Numbered from the stretch's first letter, positions 38,706-47,685 are shown. The stretch is 64,000 nt of DNA from Patescibacteria group bacterium (GCA_026004395.1 BPJB01000001.1:391343-455342); one strand, 5' to 3'. Numbers and translations are program-made. The notes: generated by a model not told the origin, from the letters alone.

Positions 38706-40667
38706 ATGTCTGGATTTGAAAAGATTGATATCGGAAATATAAATCAAAAAATTAATGAACAAAATATAGGAAAATTTTCTATGACCAGAAAAAGATTAAA
38801 ACTTCGAAAAATCTCAAGAAAAGACGCTGGCATTATCGTTGGTATACTTCTAATTATTAGTATTTTTACCGTTTTTGGTTTGATTTTACCAGCATCTCGT
38901 GTTCTTGCATCTGCACGTGTTGCTTATTACCAGGCACGTATAATGACTACTGCTTTCAAACAGCAGAATGTAGATCTTGCAGCCTCTGAACTTAATAAAA
39001 CGAAAACAGCTCTAGCTAATACTCAAAAACATATGAGAAGTCTCTCTTATCTGCGGTTTGTTCCCGTTGTAAATATCTACTATAACGATGCTGATCATTT
39101 ATTAAAAGCAGGTGAGGAAGGGCTTAAAACAGCAGAAATCGTAATTACATCATTACAACCTTATGCAGATGTTTTGGGTTTGAAAGGTCAGGGAAGCTTT
39201 GTAGGGGGATCAGCAGAAGAGCGAATAAAGACAGCTGTTTTGACGATGGGGAAGATTACACCCAAAATTGATGAGATCTCTGACAGTCTTCAAATAATCC
39301 GCAAAGAAATTGATGGGATAGATCCTAATCATTATCCCGAGATTATCTTTGGCAAAAAAATTAAATCAGAACTAACCAAAATGCGAAAACTGACGGATCA
39401 AGGAGTAGAGCTAGTAAATGAAGCTAGACCCTTAATCAAGGTTCTTCCATCGCTCCTTGGTGAATCAGAACCAAAAAAATATCTGGTTTTATTCCAAAAT
39501 GACAAAGAGCTTAGACCAACAGGAGGATTTATAACTGCATATGCTATCTTTACTCTTGATAAAGGTATCATAAAACTAGAACGTCAAGATGATATTTATA
39601 ATTTGGATAACTCTATTCCTAATAAACCTAAAGCTCCTCCTCCTATCCTAAAATATTTACCTAAAGTTACTACATTTAATCTAAGAGATAGTAATCTTTC
39701 TCCTGATTTTGTTGAGTCAATGAAGACTTTTGAGAAATTTTATAACCAAGCAAGCCAGAAAACAGATATTGATGGCATTATTGCGATAGACACTCATGTG
39801 CTTGTTTCCACGATCAAGATACTTGATGATCAAATTACTGTTAATGGACAAACATACACTACAAAACCTGATGACAGATGTGGAGGATGTCCTCAAGTTA
39901 TTTATGAGCTTGAAGATAATATTTCTCGTCCTGTAAATTATGTCAGGACTGATCGTAAAGGACTTCTTGGAGATATGCTTGTTGCTCTAATGCAAAAATC
40001 TCTTTCTTCATCGCCTAAAATTTATTGGGGACCACTTTTTCAATCTATGCTAACACAAACGCATCAAAAACATATTCTTTTTTATCTTTATGATCAAGAT
40101 GCGCAGTCAGGGATAGAAGCGTTAAAGGCTGCAGGAAAAATATTACCTTTTGAAGGTGATTATTTTCATTTAAATGAAGCCAATTTTGCAGGAGCAAAAT
40201 CAAATTTATTTGTTGATCAGACCGTTGAGATGGAATATGAGATTCAGAAAGATGGCACAATTGTCAAAACTGTTACCATTAATTATAAAAATCCCCATCC
40301 TCCATCGGATTGTAATTTAGAGCGCGGTGGATTATGTCTTAATGCAGAACTTAGAGATTGGTTCCGTATCTATGTGCCAAAAGGAAGTCATCTTCGAAAC
40401 AGTAAAGGTTCAGAAGTCAAGATCACAACATATGAGGAGTTGGGGAAAACTGTTTTTGAAGGATTTTTGACAGTTAGACCTCGAGGAGCGACAAAGCTTG
40501 TTGTCTCATATGAGTTGCCTTTTAAACTCGCTAAAGAATCTCCACTACCTCTTCTTATTCAAAAGCAACCTGGTACATACGGACCTTTGTATAAGATTAA
40601 AATTAATGGTAAATTGGTCGAAAAATTTGAACTTCTTACAGATCAAGAGATCAAATTGAAGATTTAG
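38706..40667 (+). CDS. DUF4012 domain membrane-anchored extracellular protein
   Basis: One N-terminal TM, helical stalk, YLVLFQN..ELRPTGGFI, RDSNLSPDF, IDGIIAID, KSN motifs. Confidence 0.8.
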   Translation: MSGFEKIDIGNINQKINEQNIGKFSMTRKRLKLRKISRKDAGIIVGILLIISIFTVFGLILPASRVLASARVAYYQARIMTTAFKQQNVDLAASELNKTKTALANTQKHMRSLSYLRFVPVVNIYYNDADHLLKAGEEGLKTAEIVITSLQPYADVLGLKGQGSFVGGSAEERIKTAVLTMGKITPKIDEISDSLQIIRKEIDGIDPNHYPEIIFGKKIKSELTKMRKLTDQGVELVNEARPLIKVLPSLLGESEPKKYLVLFQNDKELRPTGGFITAYAIFTLDKGIIKLERQDDIYNLDNSIPNKPKAPPPILKYLPKVTTFNLRDSNLSPDFVESMKTFEKFYNQASQKTDIDGIIAIDTHVLVSTIKILDDQITVNGQTYTTKPDDRCGGCPQVIYELEDNISRPVNYVRTDRKGLLGDMLVALMQKSLSSSPKIYWGPLFQSMLTQTHQKHILFYLYDQDAQSGIEALKAAGKILPFEGDYFHLNEANFAGAKSNLFVDQTVEMEYEIQKDGTIVKTVTINYKNPHPPSDCNLERGGLCLNAELRDWFRIYVPKGSHLRNSKGSEVKITTYEELGKTVFEGFLTVRPRGATKLVVSYELPFKLAKESPLPLLIQKQPGTYGPLYKIKINGKLVEKFELLTDQEIKLKI

Positions 40668-40719
40668 TGTTTTACTTATGAGCTTGACAAGGGTATATAA
40701 CTCCTGTACAACTGCTAAT

Positions 40720-41271
40720 ATGCGCAACTTCAAAACAGAAGGAATTATCATCAAGCGGCGCAATGTCCACGAGGCTGATCGCATTCTTACAGTTCTCACA
40801 AAAGAATATGGAAAGCTGCAAATCAATGCCAGAGGAGTTCGCCGAATAACGAGTAAGAGAGCATCCCATATTGAACTTCTTAACTATACTCAATTTTCCC
40901 TCTATAAAGGTTCAAGTCTGCCTATTCTTGTTGAGGCTCAGATGATCGAAGGCTTTTCTAATATTAAAAATGATCTTAATAAGATAGGATTTGCTTATCA
41001 TATCTGTGAACTTATTGATGGATTGTGCCCTGAGAATCAGGAACAACACCAAGTATTTGATCTTCTTAAACTCACTCTTGAAAGATTAGCAAAAGGTGAA
41101 GAGAATTCATTAATAATTATTCATGAATTTGAAATCGATCTTTTGTCTTTTCTAGGATATTGGCACAAAGGAAAAGATTCTTCTCTAATTGACACTCAAC
41201 AATTTATTGAACACATTCTTGAACGTAAGCTCAAGAGTCATCAGATTTTTTCTCGTTTGTATAGATATTAA
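40720..41271 (+). CDS. recO: DNA repair protein RecO (short form without Zn finger)
   Basis: TEGIII...EADRILTVLTKEYGK...ARGVR..TSKR; TTGACA at 40684 upstream. Confidence 0.88.
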   Translation: MRNFKTEGIIIKRRNVHEADRILTVLTKEYGKLQINARGVRRITSKRASHIELLNYTQFSLYKGSSLPILVEAQMIEGFSNIKNDLNKIGFAYHICELIDGLCPENQEQHQVFDLLKLTLERLAKGEENSLIIIHEFEIDLLSFLGYWHKGKDSSLIDTQQFIEHILERKLKSHQIFSRLYRY

Positions 41272-41285
41272 AAATGCTGGGTTAT

Positions 41286-41314
41286 TTGCCAAAAGTGCTT
41301 TTGTAGTTTACACT
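41286..41314 (+). promoter_or_regulatory. Orphan sigma70-type promoter with a palindrome in the spacer
   Basis: TTGCCA-17 bp-TACACT; CAAAAG-TG-CTTTTG at 41290-41303. Confidence 0.4.
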
Positions 41315-41655
41315 CTAAAATATAATCCTTTCATTTCTACATAAAAATTGAGTAATATTTTATCTCTCGCATTGAAAACCTATTAATTTATTAAAATCTT
41401 ATTTAATCAACAAATTGTCAGAAATTAAACATTGTTAAAATTTAGAGCGATTTAAGAAGAGTTTTCGACAATGAAATGATGTATAAGATATTCAGAGAGC
41501 ATTATTATTGATGGTATTGAGGGATTTTAATATTCTTTTGATTAGTGGAAAAATTTTCAAAAGTTAGTGAATCTTTTGGACTATTGTATAACTAAATAAA
41601 ATGCCAGAAATATATTCTTAGACCTATACACCCACTTTCACCTCTTTATTTTTTC

Positions 41656-41664
41656 TGCTATTAT
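41656..41664 (+). promoter_or_regulatory. Extended -10 element for the glycyl-tRNA synthetase gene
   Basis: TGCTATTAT, 6 nt before ATG 41671. Confidence 0.55.
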
Positions 41665-41670
41665 ACGCTC

Positions 41671-43140
41671 ATGGCTGAGAATAAAATGGAAAAACTAACT
41701 GCTCTTTTTAAACGACGCGGATTTGTATACCCAGGATCGGAGATTTATGGTGGATTAGCAAACACTTATGATTATGGTCCTGTTGGGACTGAGCTTCTCA
41801 GAAATATTAGAAATTTATGGTGGAAGGAGTTTGTAATAAGAAGAGATGATATTGTGGGTCTTGAGGCAAGTATTATTTCCCATCGAAAAGTATGGGAAGC
41901 ATCAGGGCATACTGTCGGTTTTTCTGATGCATTTGTTGACTGTAAAAACTGTAAAGTACGCATCCGTGCTGATCAATTAATTGAGGATTATCTAGAAAAA
42001 AATGCAGATACACTTGAGAAGATAGATGTCACAGAACTTATTCTACCTGAAGGATTATCGTTCGAGGATGTAATCCGTTACATTCAACAGAAAAAAGTAG
42101 AAGGATTTTCAGAAGCCCAACTAGATTCGATTATCAAACTTCACGCTATTCCTTGTCCAAATTGTGGAGCGGTCAATTGGACACCAGTTCGAAGATTTAA
42201 TCTTCTTTTTCCTATTAAACTGGGTATCGTTGAGGGTGAACAAAGTCTTGCATATCTTCGTGGGGAAACTGCTCAAGGGATGTTTATCAATTTTGAAAAT
42301 ATAGTTAACTCAACTCGAGTTAAGCTTCCCTTTGGTATTGCGCAACTGGGAAAATCTTTTAGAAATGAGATTACTCTTGGAAACTCAATTTTTAGGACAA
42401 TTGAGTTTGATCAAGCCGAGATAGAGTATTTTTTTCATCCCAAGAAAGAAAATTGGGAAGAAATATTTGATAGTTGGAAGAAATTAATGTGGGAATTCAT
42501 CACAGAACGTCTAGGTGTGAACAAAGAAAATCTTCGCTGGCGTGAACATTCTGATAAAGAACGTTCGTTTTATAGTAAAAAAACAGTAGATCTTGAATAT
42601 AAATATCCATTTGGATTCAAAGAATTATGGGGTATTGCGTATAGAACAGATTATGATCTCAAACAACATGCAGCAGCATCCAAACATGAGCTTTCAATTG
42701 TCGATCCTGAAACAAACGAGAAAATTATCCCTCATGTAATTGAGCCGGCACTTGGAATTAATCGCTTGTTCCTTACACTTCTTTGCGATGCATATTTTGA
42801 AGAAAAAGATAGGATTGTCTTGCGATTACATCCGAGAATTGCACCTATTAAAGTTGCAGTTTTTCCACTTTTAAAGAACAGAAAAGATCTTGTAGAGAAA
42901 GCTAGAGAAGTTTATCAAATATTAAAAAAATCTATAGATGGGAAGATTTTATGGGATGATAGAGGTAATATTGGAAAAAGATATCTTTCACAAGATGAAA
43001 TAGGAACTCCATGGTGTGTAACTATTGATTTTGATACACTTGTTGATAATACGGTAACAGTACGAGACAGGGACACTACCAATCAGGAGAGGATTGCAAT
43101 TCAAGATCTTGCAAATTATTTCAGTAATAAGCTACTATAA
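41671..43140 (+). CDS. glyQS: Glycine--tRNA ligase, homodimeric alpha2 type
   Basis: IYGG..NTYDYGP.G, WEASGH, LRGETAQG, GKSFRNEI, ELWGIAYRTDYDL, PHVIEP, anticodon-binding IGKRY..QDEIGTP. Confidence 0.95.
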   Translation: MAENKMEKLTALFKRRGFVYPGSEIYGGLANTYDYGPVGTELLRNIRNLWWKEFVIRRDDIVGLEASIISHRKVWEASGHTVGFSDAFVDCKNCKVRIRADQLIEDYLEKNADTLEKIDVTELILPEGLSFEDVIRYIQQKKVEGFSEAQLDSIIKLHAIPCPNCGAVNWTPVRRFNLLFPIKLGIVEGEQSLAYLRGETAQGMFINFENIVNSTRVKLPFGIAQLGKSFRNEITLGNSIFRTIEFDQAEIEYFFHPKKENWEEIFDSWKKLMWEFITERLGVNKENLRWREHSDKERSFYSKKTVDLEYKYPFGFKELWGIAYRTDYDLKQHAAASKHELSIVDPETNEKIIPHVIEPALGINRLFLTLLCDAYFEEKDRIVLRLHPRIAPIKVAVFPLLKNRKDLVEKAREVYQILKKSIDGKILWDDRGNIGKRYLSQDEIGTPWCVTIDFDTLVDNTVTVRDRDTTNQERIAIQDLANYFSNKLL

Positions 43141-43144
43141 AGAT

Positions 43145-43705
43145 GTGAACAAAGAATCATATCGAGATTCATTACCACCAGATTCTTCTCCTTTTACGAC
43201 TAATGATAATAGATTGAGATCCTCTCCTACATTTAATCCTGATGATCTCTTTTATCCTGGAACTATTCATCTAACTGACTATGGTAGTAAAATCCAAAAA
43301 GGATTACTTCATATCCAAAGTTTGGAAAGAAATAGCGATGTTAATGATCCTTATGTGATGTCACCTGAGAAGCAGAAGGAGGAGCTATCAGAGTTTTTAT
43401 CAACTGCTGATTCTTTGGGGATGCCTACTCAATTAGATTATTGGAGAGGAGTAGTTTCACCTCAATTTACTGAGGCAATTGAAAAAAGGAATAATGATAT
43501 TGCAGCAAATTTAATAACAAAAGATGTAAATCAACATGATCGAGCAGTAATGGATCAATCCTATCCTTTAATTAGATATAAAGATAGAATAGGAGAGATT
43601 ATTAATGAGGCGAAAAAAAGAATAAAAAAGAAGTATCAAATTTTTCCCAATCCTCAAGTTGACAACTCAGCTGGAGTTGTTAAAATAAATCAATCAGGAG
43701 ATTAA
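43145..43705 (+). CDS. Hypothetical soluble protein
   Basis: ORF filling the gap after glyQS; GTG 43145 lies 6 nt after TACTAT (TTGCAA-18-TACTAT). Confidence 0.55.
   Translation: MNKESYRDSLPPDSSPFTTNDNRLRSSPTFNPDDLFYPGTIHLTDYGSKIQKGLLHIQSLERNSDVNDPYVMSPEKQKEELSEFLSTADSLGMPTQLDYWRGVVSPQFTEAIEKRNNDIAANLITKDVNQHDRAVMDQSYPLIRYKDRIGEIINEAKKRIKKKYQIFPNPQVDNSAGVVKINQSGD
43659..43686 (+). promoter_or_regulatory. Promoter embedded in an inverted repeat
   Basis: TTGACA-16-TAAAAT with TG extension; TTGACAACTC-agctg-GAGTTGTTAA; AGGAG at 43696 before ATG 43705. Confidence 0.55.
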
Positions 43706-44187
43706 TGAAACATAAGAATTTTATTATATTAGGTGTAGTTTTCCTTCTTATTTTGTTTGTGGGAGGTTATTTTCTGTTGGGTAATAAAACTCAACCGGAG
43801 TTAAAAGAAGAGACTCGATCTGTTGAGGAAGAAGTAATAACTCTCAAACCCGAGGAGATTGGTCTACAAATAATGGCAAGTGCGAATAAGAAGCAAGTTA
43901 AATTTATAATTAATAAATTGAATGGTATTCAATCTATTGAGTATGAACTTTCTTATGAAGCAGATGCTGTTAGCGGTGATGAACAGCGTATTTCACGCGG
44001 GATTGCAGGAGAAGACGTTATTAAACCTGGTATGAAAAAATATGAGTCTAAGTTCTTAGATCTTGGTAGTTGTTCCAGTGGTACCTGCCGATACGATACA
44101 GGTGTTGAATCAGTTAATCTTCTTCTCAAATTAACAAAGGATGACGGCAAAGTCTATCAGGTAGAAGACTCCCTTTCTCTAATCTGA
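43705..44187 (+). CDS. Membrane-anchored hypothetical protein with a CSSGTC motif
   Basis: N-terminal TM, beta-rich extracellular domain, LGSCSSGTCRYD. Confidence 0.75.
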   Translation: MKHKNFIILGVVFLLILFVGGYFLLGNKTQPELKEETRSVEEEVITLKPEEIGLQIMASANKKQVKFIINKLNGIQSIEYELSYEADAVSGDEQRISRGIAGEDVIKPGMKKYESKFLDLGSCSSGTCRYDTGVESVNLLLKLTKDDGKVYQVEDSLSLI

Positions 44188-44324
44188 TATTTAAATCCAC
44201 ACATCACATTTAGACCATTTCTTAATTTTAGAACTAAATAATTGCAATAAAGATTATTTTGACGTTTACCCACTACTTATTGTGTTTGATGCTTTTATAA
44301 GACACTACAGTAACATTATTCTAG

Positions 44325-44388
44325 TTGACAAACTCATCAAACTGGTGCAAAATATTAAAAAGTAGTGATTTGTAGTGATAAGTAGTGA
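44325..44388 (+). promoter_or_regulatory. dcw promoter and MraZ-binding direct repeats
   Basis: TTGACA-17-CAAAAT, then three GTAGTGA repeats with exact 10-bp period (44362, 44372, 44382) just upstream of mraZ. Confidence 0.75.
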
Positions 44389-44407
44389 ATCTGCTCGTTA
44401 ACATACT

Positions 44408-44845
44408 ATGCTTTTAGGACAGATTGAGGGAAAAGTAAGCAAGAAGTTTCAAACAGCTATTCCCAAGCAGTTTAGGCAGCATTTGGGACAAAAAATAATT
44501 ATTACTAAAGGTATTGATGTTTGCTTGATGATTGTTAGTATTGGCCAAATGCAAACACTGCTTGAAGGAACAGAGGGAAAGCCATTTATAGATAAATCAA
44601 CACGAGAACTGCAGAGATATCTATTTGGCAATGCATTTGCGGTATCTCTTGATGATCAAGGAAGATTTGTTCTTCCCCAGTTTTTAAGGAACTATGCAAA
44701 AATTAGGCGTGAAGTAGTGTTTGTAGGCATACAGCGGTATGTAGAGCTGTGGGATAAGAAACTCTGGAACGAACATCAAAAAAGCATAGAAAAAACAGTA
44801 GATTTACTCACTACAGATCTGTCCACATCATCGGGACATGAATAA
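44408..44845 (+). CDS. mraZ: Transcriptional regulator MraZ
   Basis: 145 aa; IP..FR, ITKG.D.CL, LDDQGRFVLP..LR, VG...VELW; directly upstream of rsmH. Confidence 0.9.
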   Translation: MLLGQIEGKVSKKFQTAIPKQFRQHLGQKIIITKGIDVCLMIVSIGQMQTLLEGTEGKPFIDKSTRELQRYLFGNAFAVSLDDQGRFVLPQFLRNYAKIRREVVFVGIQRYVELWDKKLWNEHQKSIEKTVDLLTTDLSTSSGHE

Positions 44846-45719
44846 TTATCATACACCTGTTCTTTTACAAGAAGTACTAGATTTACTGGATGTGAATGAG
44901 GGAAAGCTTTATATAGACGCTACTCTTGGAGGAGGTGGACACGCTCTTGGCATTTTAGAGAAAGGTGGTCGAGTATTAGGAATTGATGTTGATCAGGAGG
45001 CTCTAGATTACGTTAGACATTCTCTTCAGGAAGGGGAGAATAAAGTCGAAAATATTACTTTAGTCAGAGGAAATTTTCGTGATATTGATGCAATTGCCAA
45101 GAATGTTGGATTTACGAATGTCGATGGAATTTTGTTTGATTTAGGAGTATCCAGTCATCAGTTGGATACTCCAGAGAGAGGTTTTAGTTTTCAAGAAGGT
45201 CCTCTAGATATGCGAATGAGTAAAGACTTGGTGGTAACGGCAAAAGATTTAGTGAATGGTCTTACTAAAAATGAACTAAGAGAATTGTTTGAGCGTTTTG
45301 GAGAAGAACGCTTTGCTAAGAAGATAGCTCAGGTAATTGTAGAACAACGTAAGAAACATCCGATTGAGACGACAAAACAGTTAGCGGATATCATCAAAAG
45401 AGCTGTTCCTTATCAACAAGGTCGTATCCATCCAGCAACTCGAGTATTTCAAGCACTGCGGATCGTAGTAAATGATGAGCTTGCAAATATCAGGACGGCT
45501 TTACCGAAAGCATTAAATTTGCTTAGGAGAGGAGGAAGAATTGTAGTAATCTCATTCCATTCACTAGAGGATAAAATCGTGAAAAAACAATTTGATGATT
45601 GGGAACAGAGAGGACTCGTAAAAATAATTACCAAAAAACCAATAGTACCAGGAAGAGAAGAAAAATTAAAAAATAGGAGGAGTAGAAGTGCAAAGCTGCG
45701 TGCAATTGAAAAATTATAG
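44838..45719 (+). CDS. rsmH: 16S rRNA m4C1402 methyltransferase
   Basis: HTPVLL, DATLGGGGH, DLGVSS, PLDMRM, HPATRVFQALRI, SFHSLED, RSRSAKLR. Confidence 0.96.
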   Translation: MNNYHTPVLLQEVLDLLDVNEGKLYIDATLGGGGHALGILEKGGRVLGIDVDQEALDYVRHSLQEGENKVENITLVRGNFRDIDAIAKNVGFTNVDGILFDLGVSSHQLDTPERGFSFQEGPLDMRMSKDLVVTAKDLVNGLTKNELRELFERFGEERFAKKIAQVIVEQRKKHPIETTKQLADIIKRAVPYQQGRIHPATRVFQALRIVVNDELANIRTALPKALNLLRRGGRIVVISFHSLEDKIVKKQFDDWEQRGLVKIITKKPIVPGREEKLKNRRSRSAKLRAIEKL

Positions 45720-45724
45720 TTAAT

Positions 45725-46006
45725 ATGAAAAAACCTTTATACTTTATCATTTTCAATATTGTCATTATTATTGCTCTTTCGCTTGTGCAGGTCGTAATTG
45801 CCAATAGCATATCAACGACAGGTATTGAATTAGCAAAACTTCAAAGTGAGATCTCAGAGTTAAAAAAGAAGAACGCTTTGCTTTACGAACAGATATTAAT
45901 ATCCTCGTCTCTCACACAAATTGCATCAGCGGCATCTACAATGGGATTTGAAGAGACGACATCGCAACTTGTCATTTCATCACCATTGCCAATCGCAAGA
46001 AGATAA
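45725..46006 (+). CDS. ftsL: FtsL-like cell division protein
   Basis: Single TM plus coiled coil, A..MGF; located between rsmH and ftsI. Confidence 0.65.
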   Translation: MKKPLYFIIFNIVIIIALSLVQVVIANSISTTGIELAKLQSEISELKKKNALLYEQILISSSLTQIASAASTMGFEETTSQLVISSPLPIARR

Positions 46007-47685
46007 TGAGTTGGAGATATAGAGTTATTTTTTTATTTTTTACATTCTGTTTTCTAGCAATTATTGTCAGACTTTTCTACTGGCAGGGTGTAAAAGCAGA
46101 GCAACTTTCAGCATTAGGTGAGTCGCAATATGGTAAACATATTAAACTTATTCCTCTTCGTGGGGAAATCCGCACAAGCGATGGTTTTCCTATTGCTTCC
46201 AACAAAATAACCTATTTGGTATTTGCCAATCCTAAAGAGGTACGCGATAGAGAGAAAACCGTGCGGCTTCTTGCTCCTTTACTCGATCTAGAAGAAGCAT
46301 CTCTCTCAGCTCTCCTTTCTCTTAACAGATATTGGGTTGCTCTAAAGTCAAAGGTAAGTCCTGAAAAAAAGGAAGTAATTGAAAAACTTGATCTTCCAGG
46401 AATTGGTTTTGATGATCAGTCTGTTCGTTTTTATCCTGAAGCATCTCTAGCCGCAAAACTTCTCGGTTTTGTTGGTAAAAATGAACAAGGTGATGATCAA
46501 GGATATTTTGGTCTTGAAGGATATTATGATAGACAATTAAGAGGTAAAGAAGGAATTGCTACCCAAGTACATGATGCATTAGGAAGGCCAATATTGGCAA
46601 AATTGAATAATTCATCCGGTGAGAAAAACGGCCGTAATCTTATACTTCATGTAGATCGGGTACTACAGTTTATTCTTGAAAAAGAATTACAAGAAGGAAT
46701 TGAGCGTTACGGTGCTCAAGGCGGAATGGCCGCAATGATGGATCCAAAGACAGGCGGGATTCTTGCAATGGCCTCATTTCCAAGTTTTGATCCCCAGAAA
46801 TATAATGAATTCTCAGATAAGGAGTATAAGAATAATTTTATTAGCGATACCTATGAACCTGGATCTACATTTAAGCCACTTATAATGGCAGCTGCTCTTG
46901 ATAGTAATTTAGTCAAGCCTGATACGCGCTGTCCATCATGTTCTGGACCGGTTGAAATTGGCGGCTATAGCATTAAGACATGGAATAATAAATACCATCC
47001 TTATCTGACGATGACTGAGGTGATTCAATACTCTGATAATACAGGTATGGTATTTGTAGGACAAAAACTAGGTCTTGAAAGAATGCTTGATTATCTTCAA
47101 CGGTTTGGATTTGGAGAAGCAACAGGAATTGATTTGCAGGGTGAGGTCGTACCTCCTCTTCGTCCGCGAAGCCAATGGTATCCTATAGATATTGCAACAG
47201 CAAGTTTTGGTCAGGGAATATCTGTTACACCTGTAGAGCTTCTCAGTGCTTTTTCATCTATTGCTAACAAAGGGATTCGTATGGAGCCGCATGTTGTTGC
47301 TGCAGTTCAAACATCAGAAGGTGAGATTATTAGAATTCCTCCTAAAAAGATTAATCAACCAATCTCAGAAACAACTGCAAAAATTATGACTGAAATGCTT
47401 GTTAATGCCGTTGAAAAAGGAGAAGCAAAATGGGCAAAGCCGAAAGGATATCGAATAGCAGGTAAAACAGGTACAGCACAGATTGCTGTTGAGGGTCACT
47501 ATGACCCAAACAAGACTATTCCTTCGTTCATTGGATTTGCACCTGCTGATGATCCCAAATTTGTAATGCTGGTAGTTTTGGATAGGCCAACAAAATCTAT
47601 CTATGGTTCTGAAACAGCTGCACCAATTTTTTTCCGTATTGCCAAAAAAGCATTACTTTATTACAACATAGCTCCAACTAATTAA
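46006..47685 (+). CDS. ftsI: Class B penicillin-binding protein (FtsI/PBP3)
   Basis: RG.I, RFYP, GLEGYYD, EPGSTFK (SxxK), SDN, KTGTAQ. Confidence 0.92.
   Translation: MSWRYRVIFLFFTFCFLAIIVRLFYWQGVKAEQLSALGESQYGKHIKLIPLRGEIRTSDGFPIASNKITYLVFANPKEVRDREKTVRLLAPLLDLEEASLSALLSLNRYWVALKSKVSPEKKEVIEKLDLPGIGFDDQSVRFYPEASLAAKLLGFVGKNEQGDDQGYFGLEGYYDRQLRGKEGIATQVHDALGRPILAKLNNSSGEKNGRNLILHVDRVLQFILEKELQEGIERYGAQGGMAAMMDPKTGGILAMASFPSFDPQKYNEFSDKEYKNNFISDTYEPGSTFKPLIMAAALDSNLVKPDTRCPSCSGPVEIGGYSIKTWNNKYHPYLTMTEVIQYSDNTGMVFVGQKLGLERMLDYLQRFGFGEATGIDLQGEVVPPLRPRSQWYPIDIATASFGQGISVTPVELLSAFSSIANKGIRMEPHVVAAVQTSEGEIIRIPPKKINQPISETTAKIMTEMLVNAVEKGEAKWAKPKGYRIAGKTGTAQIAVEGHYDPNKTIPSFIGFAPADDPKFVMLVVLDRPTKSIYGSETAAPIFFRIAKKALLYYNIAPTN

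Noticed and set aside
41272-41670. T-box riboswitch or replication origin upstream of glyQS
   Set aside because: No T-box consensus, no terminator/antiterminator pair and no DnaA boxes are visible.
44361-44388. Short tandem repeats as a CRISPR array or microsatellite
   Set aside because: 7-bp units at 10-bp period upstream of mraZ fit an MraZ operator; there are no spacers or cas genes.
44713-44814. Additional GTAGTG/CACTAC hexamers inside mraZ
   Set aside because: They are isolated, unphased and within coding sequence, so chance is a sufficient explanation.
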